A stretch of DNA of 42,576 nucleotides from Clostridia bacterium (lineage in GTDB: Bacteria; Bacillota; Clostridia; UMGS1883; UMGS1540): assembly GCA_045531355.1 (NCBI GenBank), contig JAZSDW010000070.1, forward strand, positions 1 through 42,576, written 5' to 3'. Below are positions 28,983 to 37,290 of the stretch, piece by piece. The position numbers and the translations under genes were made by a program. The notes beneath the pieces are model-generated. The model had not been told where the DNA came from, made no database searches, and worked only from the letters and a program-made list of their open reading frames with translations. How positions within the stretch are numbered: the stretch's first letter is position 1; every line of letters starts with the position of its first letter.

Positions 28983-29870
28983 TTAAGTCCTCTCTTTTTT
29001 AAAATCAGGTACCTGCGAAAGCAAAATGGCGCCGAAAGTAAGCACACACCCGCCAATCTCCCGACTGGTAAAGCTTTCGCCCAAAAGTATCACCCCGCCT
29101 AAAAGCGCAAAAACGGATTCCAGACTGCAGATAAGCGCCGCCGAAGTTGCATCCGTGTCCTTTTGCGCCACAATCTGCAAGGTATACGCCACGCCGCTCG
29201 ACAAAATCCCCGTATAGAGAATCGGAACGCCGGCCGCCGTAATATCCGCAAGGCGGATTTCCTCCGTGCAGATCGCTACTACGAGTGCAAAAAGACCCGC
29301 AAAGAAAAATTGCAGGCACGCCATGCGCACACAATCCACCTGCGGCGCGAAAAAATCAATCACCATAATATGTACAGCAAAGAGAGCGGCGCAGCCTAGA
29401 AGCAGAAGGTCGCTCGTTCCTACCGCAAAGCCGGTTTTTTCGATGCACAGAAGGTACATCCCGAAAAGCGCCACAAAAACGCTCGCCCACGCAAGAAGCG
29501 TTGTTTTTTTCTTGAGAAAAATGCCGAATACCGGCACCAAAACTACATAGAGCGCCGTTATAAAGCCCGCCTTGCCGGCACCGGCGTCGATAATGCCAAT
29601 TTGCTGGAGCGCAGACGCTGCAAAGAGCGCCGCTCCGCAGCAAAGCCCGCCCAAAATCGGCCAGCGGCTCTTCTCCCTTTTTTGTCCCGCGCGCTTGTCC
29701 AGCGCAAAAATAACCGGCAAAAGCACTGCGCTTCCCAGAAGATAGCGCACGCCGTTAAAGAGAAACGGCCCACAATCCTCCATGCCACGGCTTTGCGCCA
29801 CAAAGGCCATACCCCAAATTAGTGCCGTTAGGAGCAGCATGCCGTCGGCGCGTAATTTTTTATTTTGCAT
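28983..29870 (-). CDS. DMT/EamA family transporter
   Basis: IWG.AFVAQ, KAGFITALYVV.VP, AYTLQ..AQK, SLESVF; about 10 TM segments. Confidence 0.92.
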   Translation of the reverse strand: MQNKKLRADGMLLLTALIWGMAFVAQSRGMEDCGPFLFNGVRYLLGSAVLLPVIFALDKRAGQKREKSRWPILGGLCCGAALFAASALQQIGIIDAGAGKAGFITALYVVLVPVFGIFLKKKTTLLAWASVFVALFGMYLLCIEKTGFAVGTSDLLLLGCAALFAVHIMVIDFFAPQVDCVRMACLQFFFAGLFALVVAICTEEIRLADITAAGVPILYTGILSSGVAYTLQIVAQKDTDATSAALICSLESVFALLGGVILLGESFTSREIGGCVLTFGAILLSQVPDFKKERT

Positions 29871-31038
29871 GAGAAAGTACCACATCCCGAATAATATCCA
29901 TCGCCTCGTCCAGAAGTTCTTCCGTATGCGTTGCCATGAGACTGGTGCGAAGCAAACACTCGCCCTGCGGCGTTGCAGGTGGCAGAACGGGGTTTACATA
30001 TACGCCTTCTTCATACAGCTTCTTGGCAATCATAAGCGTATCTTCCATTTCGTATGTATAAATCGGAACAATCGGCGTTTTCGCTTCCTTAATAGAAAGG
30101 CCTCTTGCCAAAAGTCCCTTCCGCATATAGGCACCAAGTGCCATCAGCCGCTCTACACGCTCCGGTTCTCTTTCGATAACCGAAAGCGCAGCCTTTGCCG
30201 CTGCACACATTGCCGGCGGAATAGACGCGCTGAAAATAAAGGGACGGGAATTATGGCGTGTATAATCCACCACTCGCTCGCTAGCTACCATATAGCCGCC
30301 CAGACTTGCCAGCGATTTCGAGAAGGTCCCCATAATGATGTCCACCTCGTCTGTAAGACCGAAATAATCCGCCGTGCCACGCCCGCCGCGGCCTAATACA
30401 CCAAAACCATGCGCATCATCCACCATCGTGGCCGCGTTATACTTTTTTGCAAGGCGCACAATTGTCGGCAAATCGCAGATATCCCCGCTCATGCTAAACA
30501 CACCGTCGGTAACAATCAGCTTCCCGGCTTCGGCAGGGAGCTTTGCGAGCTGCTTTTCCAGATCCTCCATATTATTATGCTGATAGCGAATCAGATTTGC
30601 GTAGCTGAGCCGACAGGCATCATAAATACTGGCATGATTTTCCCGATCACACAAAATATAATCATTCCGGCCGGCAATTGCGCTGATAATGCCGAGATTC
30701 GACTGGAAGCCGGTCGAAAAGGTCATGCAGGCTTCCTTTCCGATATACGCCGCCAACGCCTCCTCCAGCTCCAAATGTAATTTTAAAGTCCCGTTTAAAA
30801 AGCGGGAGCCGCTACATCCGGTTCCATATTCCTCCGTTGCCCGGATGCTTGCCTCCTTCACCTCGGGGTGCACCGTAAGCCCCAGATAATTGTTCGAACC
30901 GAGCATGATGCGCCGTTTTCCCTCCATAATGACTGTTGTGTCCTGGCGGGATTCCAGATAATGAAAATAGGGATAAATGCCTTTTTCCCGAAAATCCCGG
31001 GCTAAAGTGAAGGCATCACACTTATCAAACAATGACAT
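29860..31038 (-). CDS. PLP-dependent alpha-oxoamine synthase, serine-palmitoyltransferase-like
   Basis: GIYPYF, GSNNYLGL, GSRFLNGT, HAS, DGVFSM, DDAHG, GTFSKSLAS (PLP lysine), IFSAS. Family is certain; SPT specificity is inferred. Confidence 0.8.
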   Translation of the reverse strand: MSLFDKCDAFTLARDFREKGIYPYFHYLESRQDTTVIMEGKRRIMLGSNNYLGLTVHPEVKEASIRATEEYGTGCSGSRFLNGTLKLHLELEEALAAYIGKEACMTFSTGFQSNLGIISAIAGRNDYILCDRENHASIYDACRLSYANLIRYQHNNMEDLEKQLAKLPAEAGKLIVTDGVFSMSGDICDLPTIVRLAKKYNAATMVDDAHGFGVLGRGGRGTADYFGLTDEVDIIMGTFSKSLASLGGYMVASERVVDYTRHNSRPFIFSASIPPAMCAAAKAALSVIEREPERVERLMALGAYMRKGLLARGLSIKEAKTPIVPIYTYEMEDTLMIAKKLYEEGVYVNPVLPPATPQGECLLRTSLMATHTEELLDEAMDIIRDVVLSHAK

Positions 31039-31061
31039 AAAACCAACTCCTTCGAGCTTTT

Positions 31062-31090
31062 ATTATATCATTATTACGCTCCAGAGTCAA
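31062..31090 (-). promoter_or_regulatory. sigmaA promoter of the spt-like/eamA/ddh operon
   Basis: TTGACT, 17 bp, TG-n-TATAAT. Confidence 0.85.
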
Positions 31091-31205
31091 ACATATTTAC
31101 AAAAAAAGTCATTTACAGTCGTCACCTTTAGGAGCCATTTTTAAAAAATCTGCACCGTGCGCCATCGGAATTTTATTTGAAAGGAAAAATTTTTCAAAAA
31201 AATAC

Positions 31206-31253
31206 TTGACAACGCTCGTATCATGTAGTATATTAAAATAGTAATAGTTATCA
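31206..31253 (+). promoter_or_regulatory. perR promoter with a candidate Fur/Per box
   Basis: TTGACA-17-TATATT; TAGTAAT-A-GTTATCA at 31239-31253 matches 11 of 14 positions of TGATAATnATTATCA. Confidence 0.6.
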
Positions 31254-31274
31254 TTTTTATTTTGGAGGTGCCAC

Positions 31275-31664
31275 ATGCAGAAACGAAGTCGTCAGCGCGA
31301 GCTTCTTTTGGAGATTCTGCAGGGAACAACCTGTCACCCCGATGCAGACTGGGTGTACGGCCGAATGCGGGAAAAAATGCCACATGTCAGTTTGGGAACG
31401 GTGTACCGCAATCTGGCGCGTCTTGCGTCAGAGGGTGCAATTTTGCGCCTCGACACCGGCCAACATGCCGCACGGTTTGACGGGAATGCTGTCCCCCACT
31501 ATCATCTTGCTTGTAACACCTGCGGAAAAGTACTGGATTTATCCATGCCCTATATTGAAACTTTAAATGCAGCCGCCCTTTCGGATAGCGGTTGCACGAT
31601 TGAAGGACACTCGCTTTTATTCTTTGGTAAATGCCCGTCCTGTGCGGGAAGTTTATACAATTAA
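31275..31664 (+). CDS. perR: Fur-family regulator, PerR-like
   Basis: [20 protein letters not shown]...HYH..CxxC, CxxC; directly upstream of rubrerythrin. Confidence 0.85.
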   Translation: MQKRSRQRELLLEILQGTTCHPDADWVYGRMREKMPHVSLGTVYRNLARLASEGAILRLDTGQHAARFDGNAVPHYHLACNTCGKVLDLSMPYIETLNAAALSDSGCTIEGHSLLFFGKCPSCAGSLYN

Positions 31665-31683
31665 TTTTTGGAGGTTTTTTATT

Positions 31684-32226
31684 ATGAAAAAATTTGTATG
31701 TGCAATTTGTGGGTATGTCCACGAAGGAAACGAAGCGCCGGCATTTTGCCCCCAGTGCAAAGCGCCCAGCAATAAGTTCTCGGAACAGTCCGGGGAAAAA
31801 TCCTGGGCAGCCGAACATATTGTCGGCGTTGCTAAGGGCGTAGATGCAGAAATCCTGGAAGGTCTGCGCATGAATTTTACCGGGGAATGCACAGAAGTCG
31901 GCATGTATCTTGCCATGGCTCGCATAGCACACCGCGAAGGCTATCCGGAAATCGGCCTGTATTGGGAAAAAGCCGCCTATGAGGAAGCAGAACACGCCGC
32001 AAAGTTTGCAGAACTTTTAGGCGAAGTGGTTACCGATAGCACAAAGGAAAATCTGGCCATGCGTGTAGACGCTGAAAACGGCGCAACCGCCGGCAAATTC
32101 GAGCTTGCAAAACGCGCCAAGGAGCTGGGTCTCGACGCTATTCATGATACTGTGCACGAAATGGCGAGGGACGAAGCTCGACACGGCAAAGCATTCGAAG
32201 GCCTTCTCAAAAGATACTTTGGCTAA
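31684..32226 (+). CDS. Reverse rubrerythrin (NADH peroxidase)
   Basis: N-terminal rubredoxin domain CxxCGY...CPxC, then ferritin-like EEAEHA and DEARHG; ATG 31684 after GGAGG. Confidence 0.93.
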   Translation: MKKFVCAICGYVHEGNEAPAFCPQCKAPSNKFSEQSGEKSWAAEHIVGVAKGVDAEILEGLRMNFTGECTEVGMYLAMARIAHREGYPEIGLYWEKAAYEEAEHAAKFAELLGEVVTDSTKENLAMRVDAENGATAGKFELAKRAKELGLDAIHDTVHEMARDEARHGKAFEGLLKRYFG

Positions 32227-32319
32227 GTCACAAACAATATAGAAGAAGAATTTTCCGTATGGGGTGTGATTTTGCAATCATACCCCATGCCCTTGTTTAA
32301 AAGAAACACATGCGCAAAT

Positions 32320-32356
32320 AAAAAAGCGATACCGCAATAAGCGGTGTCGCTTTTTT
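32320..32356. terminator. Bidirectional terminator (rubrerythrin / tRNA operon)
   Basis: AAAAAAGCGATACCGC-aataa-GCGGTGTCGCTTTTTT; a second hairpin lies at 32257-32290. Confidence 0.85.
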
Positions 32357-32447
32357 GGCGGAGAAGGAGAGATTCGAACTCTCGCACCAGTTTCCCAGCC
32401 TACTCCCTTAGCAGGGGAGCCCCTTCGACCTACTTGGGTACTTCTCC
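32356..32447 (-). tRNA. tRNA-Ser(GCT)
   Basis: GGAGAAG acceptor stem, anticodon arm CTCCC-CT-GCT-AA-GGGAG, long variable arm, GTTCGAATC, encoded CCA. Confidence 0.97.
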
Positions 32448-32532
32448 AATTCGATTCAATTTTGCGCCACTCTGCAAGCATGCCGCACGATGCGGCCGCA
32501 AGGGGCGGACAATGCTTTGCAGGAGGCAAATG

Positions 32533-32619
32533 TGGCGGAGGAGGTGGGATTCGAACCCACGGCTCTTACGAGTCACTGGTTTTCAAGACCGGCTCCTTAA
32601 ACCGCTCGGACACCTCTCC
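32533..32619 (-). tRNA. tRNA-Ser(TGA)
   Basis: GGAGAGGTGTCCGAG...CT-TGA-AA...GTGGGTTCGAATCCCAC...GCCA; long variable arm. Confidence 0.93.
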
Positions 32620-32636
32620 CTGCATGAACATAAGCT

Positions 32637-32665
32637 ATTATAGCAAAAAAAAGATGACCTGTCAA
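32637..32665 (-). promoter_or_regulatory. Consensus promoter of the tRNA-Ser pair
   Basis: TTGACA, 17 bp, TG-n-TATAAT. Confidence 0.9.
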
Positions 32666-32716
32666 CTCTTTTTTTAAAAATAATTGTGTCTTACCCATAC
32701 TTTTTTGGAAAAAGTA

Positions 32717-32767
32717 TTGACAAGCTATCGTTTCTGTGGTAAACTAAAGTAGTTAGTTGAGACTAAT
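32717..32767 (+). promoter_or_regulatory. feo promoter with a palindromic operator candidate
   Basis: TTGACA-17-TG-n-TAAACT; GTTAG-N6-CTAAT at 32752-32767. Confidence 0.7.
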
Positions 32768-32816
32768 TCTATTTTCCTACACGAACAACCGACACAAGAA
32801 AGGAGAATCCTTCCCC

Positions 32817-33032
32817 ATGACGCTACGCACAGCAGAAGAAGGAAAAGCTTACACCGTGCAAAAAATTACGGTGGACGATGCTGATCTGGTTGCTTTTTTG
32901 TTTTCGCTGGGCTGCTATAGCGGCGAGCCCATTACGGTTATTTCCCACCGCGCCGGCGGCTGCATTGTTTCCATAAAAGATGGCCGCTACCATGTGGATG
33001 CGCGGCTTGCAGATGCCATTTATATCGCCTGA
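32817..33032 (+). CDS. feoA: Ferrous iron transport protein A
   Basis: FLFSLG..G..ITV, IKDGRY..D..LA..I; ATG 32817 after AAGGAG; upstream of feoB. Confidence 0.9.
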   Translation: MTLRTAEEGKAYTVQKITVDDADLVAFLFSLGCYSGEPITVISHRAGGCIVSIKDGRYHVDARLADAIYIA

Positions 33033-33053
33033 TTTTTTATTTTTTGTTTTTGG

Positions 33054-33069
33054 GTTAGTTATTTCTAAC
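33054..33069. promoter_or_regulatory. Second copy of the operator palindrome, upstream of feoB
   Basis: GTTAG-TTATTT-CTAAC. Confidence 0.6.
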
Positions 33070-33118
33070 TCGCAATACGCCGGACAAGCCCGGCGCGTAT
33101 CCCGACAGGAGGTTCTTT

Positions 33119-35137
33119 ATGAAAATTGCACTCACAGGCAATCCAAACAGCGGCAAAACAACGATGTTTAACGCCCTGACCGGTCAAAATGAGACGGTCG
33201 GAAATTGGGCAGGTGTTACCGTTGAGAAAAAAACGCATGTGCTTCGGAAACGCTTTGCTACAGGCAAAACGCCCGTTACAGTGGTGGATTTACCGGGCGC
33301 ATATTCTATGTCCCCCTTCACCGCAGAGGAAAGCATTACAAGAGATTATGTACTACAAGAAAAGCCGGACATTATCTTAAATATTGTCGATGCGGCAAAT
33401 CTCAGCCGGAGTCTCTTTTTTACTACCCAGCTTTTAGAGCTTGGCATTCCGGTGGTTGTTGCCTTAAACAAAACCGATCTCAACATCAAAAAAGGGACAA
33501 AAATTGATGTGCGCGCATTATCCGCCAGACTCGGCTGTCCGGTTGTTGAAACCATTTCCACCGCTGCTAAAGGTCTCCGGGAAATTATAGAAATCGCCGT
33601 GCGGCAAAACGGCAAGACGCAAAAGCCTCCTTACATACAAGGTAGCATCGACCTTTTAAGTCGCGAGGCTGTGGAAGCGGCAGACCGGGCGCGCTTTGCC
33701 TTCGTTGACGAGCTGGTGGCGCGTGTGGAAACCCGCATCGTGCGCTCCAGCGAAAAAAATGTGCACGATAAAGTGGACGCATTTTTGACAAACCGCTATC
33801 TGGGCATCCCCATTTTTGCATTTGTAATGTTCTTCGTGTTCCAGATTTCGCAAGGATGGCTAGGCCCGTTTTTATCAGATGCCCTTGTATACTATTTAGA
33901 AGCCATGCAAGAGAAGGTGGCGCTCTTTTTCGCCGATGCCTCTCCCCTTCTTTCCACACTTCTCATAGACGGCATGCTCGGCGGTCTTGTCGCTGTGATC
34001 AGTTTCTTGCCACTCGTTATGGTAATGTATTTTCTGATTGCACTTTTAGAGGATTGTGGCTATATGGCGCGCGTCTCGGTTGTGCTGGACCCCATTTTTA
34101 AAAAGGTAGGGCTTTCAGGGAAATCGGTTATTCCCTTTGTAATTGCTACCGGATGCGCCGTTCCTGGTGTCATGGCCTGCCGTACCATCCGCGATGAGCG
34201 GGAGCGCCGTGCGACCGCCATGCTTGCCCCCTTTATGCCCTGCGGCGCAAAGCTGCCGGTGATCAGCCTGTTTGCCGGTGCATTTTTCGAGAACGCCCCT
34301 TGGGTTGGCACTCTCATGTACTTTGCAGGTATTCTGGTTATTTTCTTTGGAGCACTTTTAGTCAACCGCATCACAGGAAACCGCGCCAGAAAATCCTTCT
34401 TTATCATAGAACTTCCGGAATACAAAGTGCCGAGTCTCTGGCGTGCCCTCGGGTCAATGTGCAGCCGCGGCTGGGCGTACATCGTCAAAGCCACCACTGT
34501 GATTCTTCTTTGCAATACAGCGGTGCATCTTATGCAGACCTTTACATGGCAGCTTACTGTGGCTCCGTCGGCCGATGCTTCCATCTTAGCGAGTCTTGCA
34601 ACGCCGTTTTCCTATATCCTGGCGCCGATTGTCGGCGTTTTGTCCTGGCAGCTTGCCGCTGCCGCAATTACCGGCTTTATTGCCAAAGAAAATGTAGTTG
34701 GCACGCTAGCAGTCTGCTTTGTGGGGCTACAAAATCTCGTGGATGCAGAAGATTTTGCGCTTCTGGAAGGTGCGGGAGCCGAGGCCGCGGCGGTTTTGGC
34801 AATTACAAAGGCCGCGGCACTTGCCTATCTTATGTTTAACCTCTTCACGCCCCCTTGTGTTGCTGCGATGAGCGCCATGCGCTCGGAAATGAAGAGCGGA
34901 AAGTGGCTTTTTGGTGGACTTGCCCTCCAGATGAGCACCGGCTATGCAGTCAGTTTCCTCGTCTATCAGCTTGGAACGCTCCTGACCACCGGTTCGCTCG
35001 GATACGCCTTTGTGCCCGGAGCACTTACGGTCATCGCAATCGCCGTCATTTTAGTCCAGCTTTGTATCAATGGCGACCAGAAGGCGGTAAAACAGAAGCA
35101 AAAAAAGGTCATAATGCCAATGAACAGTAAGAGGTGA
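33119..35137 (+). CDS. feoB: Ferrous iron transporter B
   Basis: GNPNSGKT, VGNWAGVTVE, DLPGAYS, NKTD, EDCGYMAR, PFMPC.AKLP, ELPEY, AKENVV, PC. Confidence 0.97.
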   Translation: MKIALTGNPNSGKTTMFNALTGQNETVGNWAGVTVEKKTHVLRKRFATGKTPVTVVDLPGAYSMSPFTAEESITRDYVLQEKPDIILNIVDAANLSRSLFFTTQLLELGIPVVVALNKTDLNIKKGTKIDVRALSARLGCPVVETISTAAKGLREIIEIAVRQNGKTQKPPYIQGSIDLLSREAVEAADRARFAFVDELVARVETRIVRSSEKNVHDKVDAFLTNRYLGIPIFAFVMFFVFQISQGWLGPFLSDALVYYLEAMQEKVALFFADASPLLSTLLIDGMLGGLVAVISFLPLVMVMYFLIALLEDCGYMARVSVVLDPIFKKVGLSGKSVIPFVIATGCAVPGVMACRTIRDERERRATAMLAPFMPCGAKLPVISLFAGAFFENAPWVGTLMYFAGILVIFFGALLVNRITGNRARKSFFIIELPEYKVPSLWRALGSMCSRGWAYIVKATTVILLCNTAVHLMQTFTWQLTVAPSADASILASLATPFSYILAPIVGVLSWQLAAAAITGFIAKENVVGTLAVCFVGLQNLVDAEDFALLEGAGAEAAAVLAITKAAALAYLMFNLFTPPCVAAMSAMRSEMKSGKWLFGGLALQMSTGYAVSFLVYQLGTLLTTGSLGYAFVPGALTVIAIAVILVQLCINGDQKAVKQKQKKVIMPMNSKR

Positions 35138-35143
35138 GTAGTG

Positions 35144-35308
35144 ATGGCAGGGAAAACAATCGTGCTTTTTATCCTTTTAGCGGGAATTTTGTTTTTCGCT
35201 ATCCGGTATGTCCTTCGCGCCCGTAAGGGAGGTGCCGCCTGCATCGGCTGCCCGCACCGAAAGGCGTGCCGGCAAAAAAATTTTGACTGTCAGAAGGAAA
35301 AGGCTTGA
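35144..35308 (+). CDS. FeoB-associated Cys-rich membrane protein, 54 aa (MAGKTIVLFILLAGILFFAIRYVLRARKGGAACIGCPHRKACRQKNFDCQKEKA)
   Basis: Hand translation; TM helix, basic patch and C-x2-C-x5-C-x6-C; GAGGTG RBS; directly after feoB; absent from the ORF track. Confidence 0.88.
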   Translation: MAGKTIVLFILLAGILFFAIRYVLRARKGGAACIGCPHRKACRQKNFDCQKEKA

Positions 35309-35333
35309 CACGCCATGCGTGATGGTGTATACT
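35305..35333 (+). promoter_or_regulatory. sigmaA promoter of the TPP riboswitch and thiT
   Basis: TTGACA-17-TATACT; the -35 box contains the TGA stop of the Cys-rich peptide. Confidence 0.8.
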
Positions 35334-35339
35334 GTGCTT

Positions 35340-35425
35340 ATAAATCCGGGGAGCCGCAAGGCTGAGAGGAAGCGTCCGCTTCGACCCGTAACCTGATTTG
35401 GGTAATTCCAACGGAGGGAGTATAT
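35340..35425 (+). ncRNA. TPP riboswitch
   Basis: GGGGAGC...GCTGAGAGG...GACCCGTAACCTGAT.TGGGTAATTCCAACGGAGGGA matches the TPP core; upstream of thiT. Confidence 0.95.
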
Positions 35426-35434
35426 TGTAGGGAT

Positions 35435-35468
35435 AAACCTGTGCTCTCTTCGGGGCGCAGGTTTTTTA
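35435..35468 (+). terminator. Expression-platform terminator of the TPP riboswitch
   Basis: AAACCTGTGCTC/GGGCGCAGGTTT stem plus T-run. Confidence 0.8.
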
Positions 35469-35489
35469 TTGTTAAGGAGGAAATTTTGT

Positions 35490-36029
35490 ATGACCAAAAA
35501 ACTAACCACCACCGGCATCCTTCTGGCACTTGGGCTGATTCTGTCCATGCTGAAGCTATTTGATGCCCCGTATGGCGGGAGCGTAACGCTCGTATCGATG
35601 CTTCCGATTTTGCTCATTTCTGTTTTGTATGATACGAAATGGGGAGTGCTTTCCGGCATCGTCTTTTCCGTATTGACGATGCTCCTAAGTGGCGTTCCCG
35701 CGCCCCCGACACAAACCGTTTTCTCCTATCTTCTGGTTGTAATCCTTGACTACCTTCTGGCCTTTGGCGTTTTAGGCCTTGCCGGCGGATTATACCGGGG
35801 CCTTTCCACATGCCGCTTTGCCCTGCCGATTGCCACGGGTGCCGTCGTTTTTCTGCGATTTTTGTGTCACTTTCTTTCCGGTATTCTGATTTGGAGCGCA
35901 TACGCACTGCCCGGGTATAGCGCTACGCTCTACTCGCTTTTGTATAATGGCAGCTATATGCTTTTTGAGTTTATCTTAACGGTAGCAGGCGCTTCTCTTT
36001 TGGTGAAGTGGCTCCCAAGGCTCAAATAA
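35490..36029 (+). CDS. thiT: ECF thiamine S component
   Basis: PYGGSVT..SM.P, LDY.LAF...G.AG, RFLCHF.SG...W, YS..YNGSY; TPP riboswitch upstream. Confidence 0.92.
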   Translation: MTKKLTTTGILLALGLILSMLKLFDAPYGGSVTLVSMLPILLISVLYDTKWGVLSGIVFSVLTMLLSGVPAPPTQTVFSYLLVVILDYLLAFGVLGLAGGLYRGLSTCRFALPIATGAVVFLRFLCHFLSGILIWSAYALPGYSATLYSLLYNGSYMLFEFILTVAGASLLVKWLPRLK

Positions 36030-36034
36030 AAAGC

Positions 36035-36063
36035 TTGCATTTTCCCTTTTTTTGTGCTATACT
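36035..36063 (+). promoter_or_regulatory. sigmaA promoter of the cobalamin riboswitch operon
   Basis: TTGCAT-17-TG-n-TATACT. Confidence 0.75.
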
Positions 36064-36074
36064 GAAATTGCACA

Positions 36075-36268
36075 CAGAGTGTCGGGTATGCCGCAAAAGG
36101 GATGCCCGGTGAAAAGGGAATGGGGTGAAAATCCCCTGCGAGCACTGTCGCTGTATGTAGGAAGACATATATCCGCTGGCGAAAGCCGGTCATTGGGAAA
36201 CTGAGAAGGCTAGGGTATGTGTTGCCGGGTTTTACCCCCGAACCTACGAGCCAGAAGACCTGCTCTGG
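36075..36268 (+). ncRNA. Cobalamin (B12) riboswitch
   Basis: TGAAAAGGGAA.GGGGTGAAAATCCCC, GCTGTA, CATTGGGAAAC.GAGAAGG and B12 box GAGCCAGAAGACCTGC; ends approximate. Confidence 0.92.
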
Positions 36269-36355
36269 TGGCCAATTCTTCCCTCTTTTTTTCGTAGGGC
36301 AGGCTATTTCTGCGTGGCATTTTTTTCGCAGGATGTGCAGGTACACAGGAAAAAC

Positions 36356-36393
36356 AGGCTGTGGTAATTTTGATTACCACAGCCTTATTTTTT
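36356..36393 (+). terminator. Expression-platform terminator before ecfT
   Basis: Perfect 13-bp stem AGGCTGTGGTAAT/ATTACCACAGCCT plus TATTTTTT. Confidence 0.85.
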
Positions 36394-36408
36394 GAAGCGG
36401 AGGCACTT

Positions 36409-37290
36409 ATGTATCCTTTTAAAACTTATCATCCCCTTGTCAATTTTCTGTATTTCGTTTTTGTAATTGGCTTTTCCATGCTCCTTTCCCATCCGGTCTG
36501 TCTTCTAATTTCCCTTTTCTCCGGCATCATGAGCATGGGCGTTCTCATTTCATGGCAATCTGCCCGAAAAAAAGCGCTCTGGGGGCTTTTTCTCTTTCTC
36601 TTGCTTACTGCCATCAATCCCCTTTATAGTCATTCGGGCGAAACCATTTTAGGGTATCTGCCCTCGCAAAAGCCCATTACGCTGGAATCCCTCGCCTTTG
36701 GCGCCGGTGCCGCGCTTCTGCTTCTCTCGGTTTTTTTTCATTTTTATGTGTATACATCCCTTATGACAAGCGATAAATGTATGTATCTCTTTAAAAGACT
36801 ACCCGCCCTCTCTCTTGTGCTCACGATGGCATTTTCTCTTTTCCCCCGTCTTTCAAGGCGGGTGCGGGAAATTACCTTCGCGCGGCATTGTATGGGCTCT
36901 CCACCGGAAAAAGGCCTCCGAAGCCGTGCAAAATCAGGCCTTGTGGTTCTTTCGTCCCTCGCAAGTTGGACCCTTGAGGACGCAGCCGTGACGGCTGACA
37001 GCATGCGTGCCCGCGGATATGGTCTTCCTGGTCGCACCTCGTTCTCCCTCTTCCGTTTTTCAAGACGCGACCTTATTGTTCTTCTTATCATCACCTTCCT
37101 TGGTCTTTATGTGGCCATCGGTTTTTTCCGTGGTGCGCTGGACTTTGCCTATTTCCCCACCTTTTCTGCGTTTTCTTCCAGTCTTTACGCAAAAACCCTT
37201 TTCCTCTCGCACTTACTGCTTTGCTTTATTCCAATTCTGATTGATACAAAGGAGGAACTATCGTGGCATGTTTTAGAGTCGAAACGCTGA
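36409..37290 (+). CDS. ECF transporter T component
   Basis: YHP.VNF.YF, NPL.SH.G.T.L, ITLESL.FG, ADSMRARGYG; ATG 36409 after GGAGG. Confidence 0.9.
   Translation: MYPFKTYHPLVNFLYFVFVIGFSMLLSHPVCLLISLFSGIMSMGVLISWQSARKKALWGLFLFLLLTAINPLYSHSGETILGYLPSQKPITLESLAFGAGAALLLLSVFFHFYVYTSLMTSDKCMYLFKRLPALSLVLTMAFSLFPRLSRRVREITFARHCMGSPPEKGLRSRAKSGLVVLSSLASWTLEDAAVTADSMRARGYGLPGRTSFSLFRFSRRDLIVLLIITFLGLYVAIGFFRGALDFAYFPTFSAFSSSLYAKTLFLSHLLLCFIPILIDTKEELSWHVLESKR

Noticed and set aside
32226-32360. Integrative element at the tRNA-Ser 3' ends
   Set aside because: No integrase gene and no duplicated tRNA 3' end was seen; the flanking genes are housekeeping.
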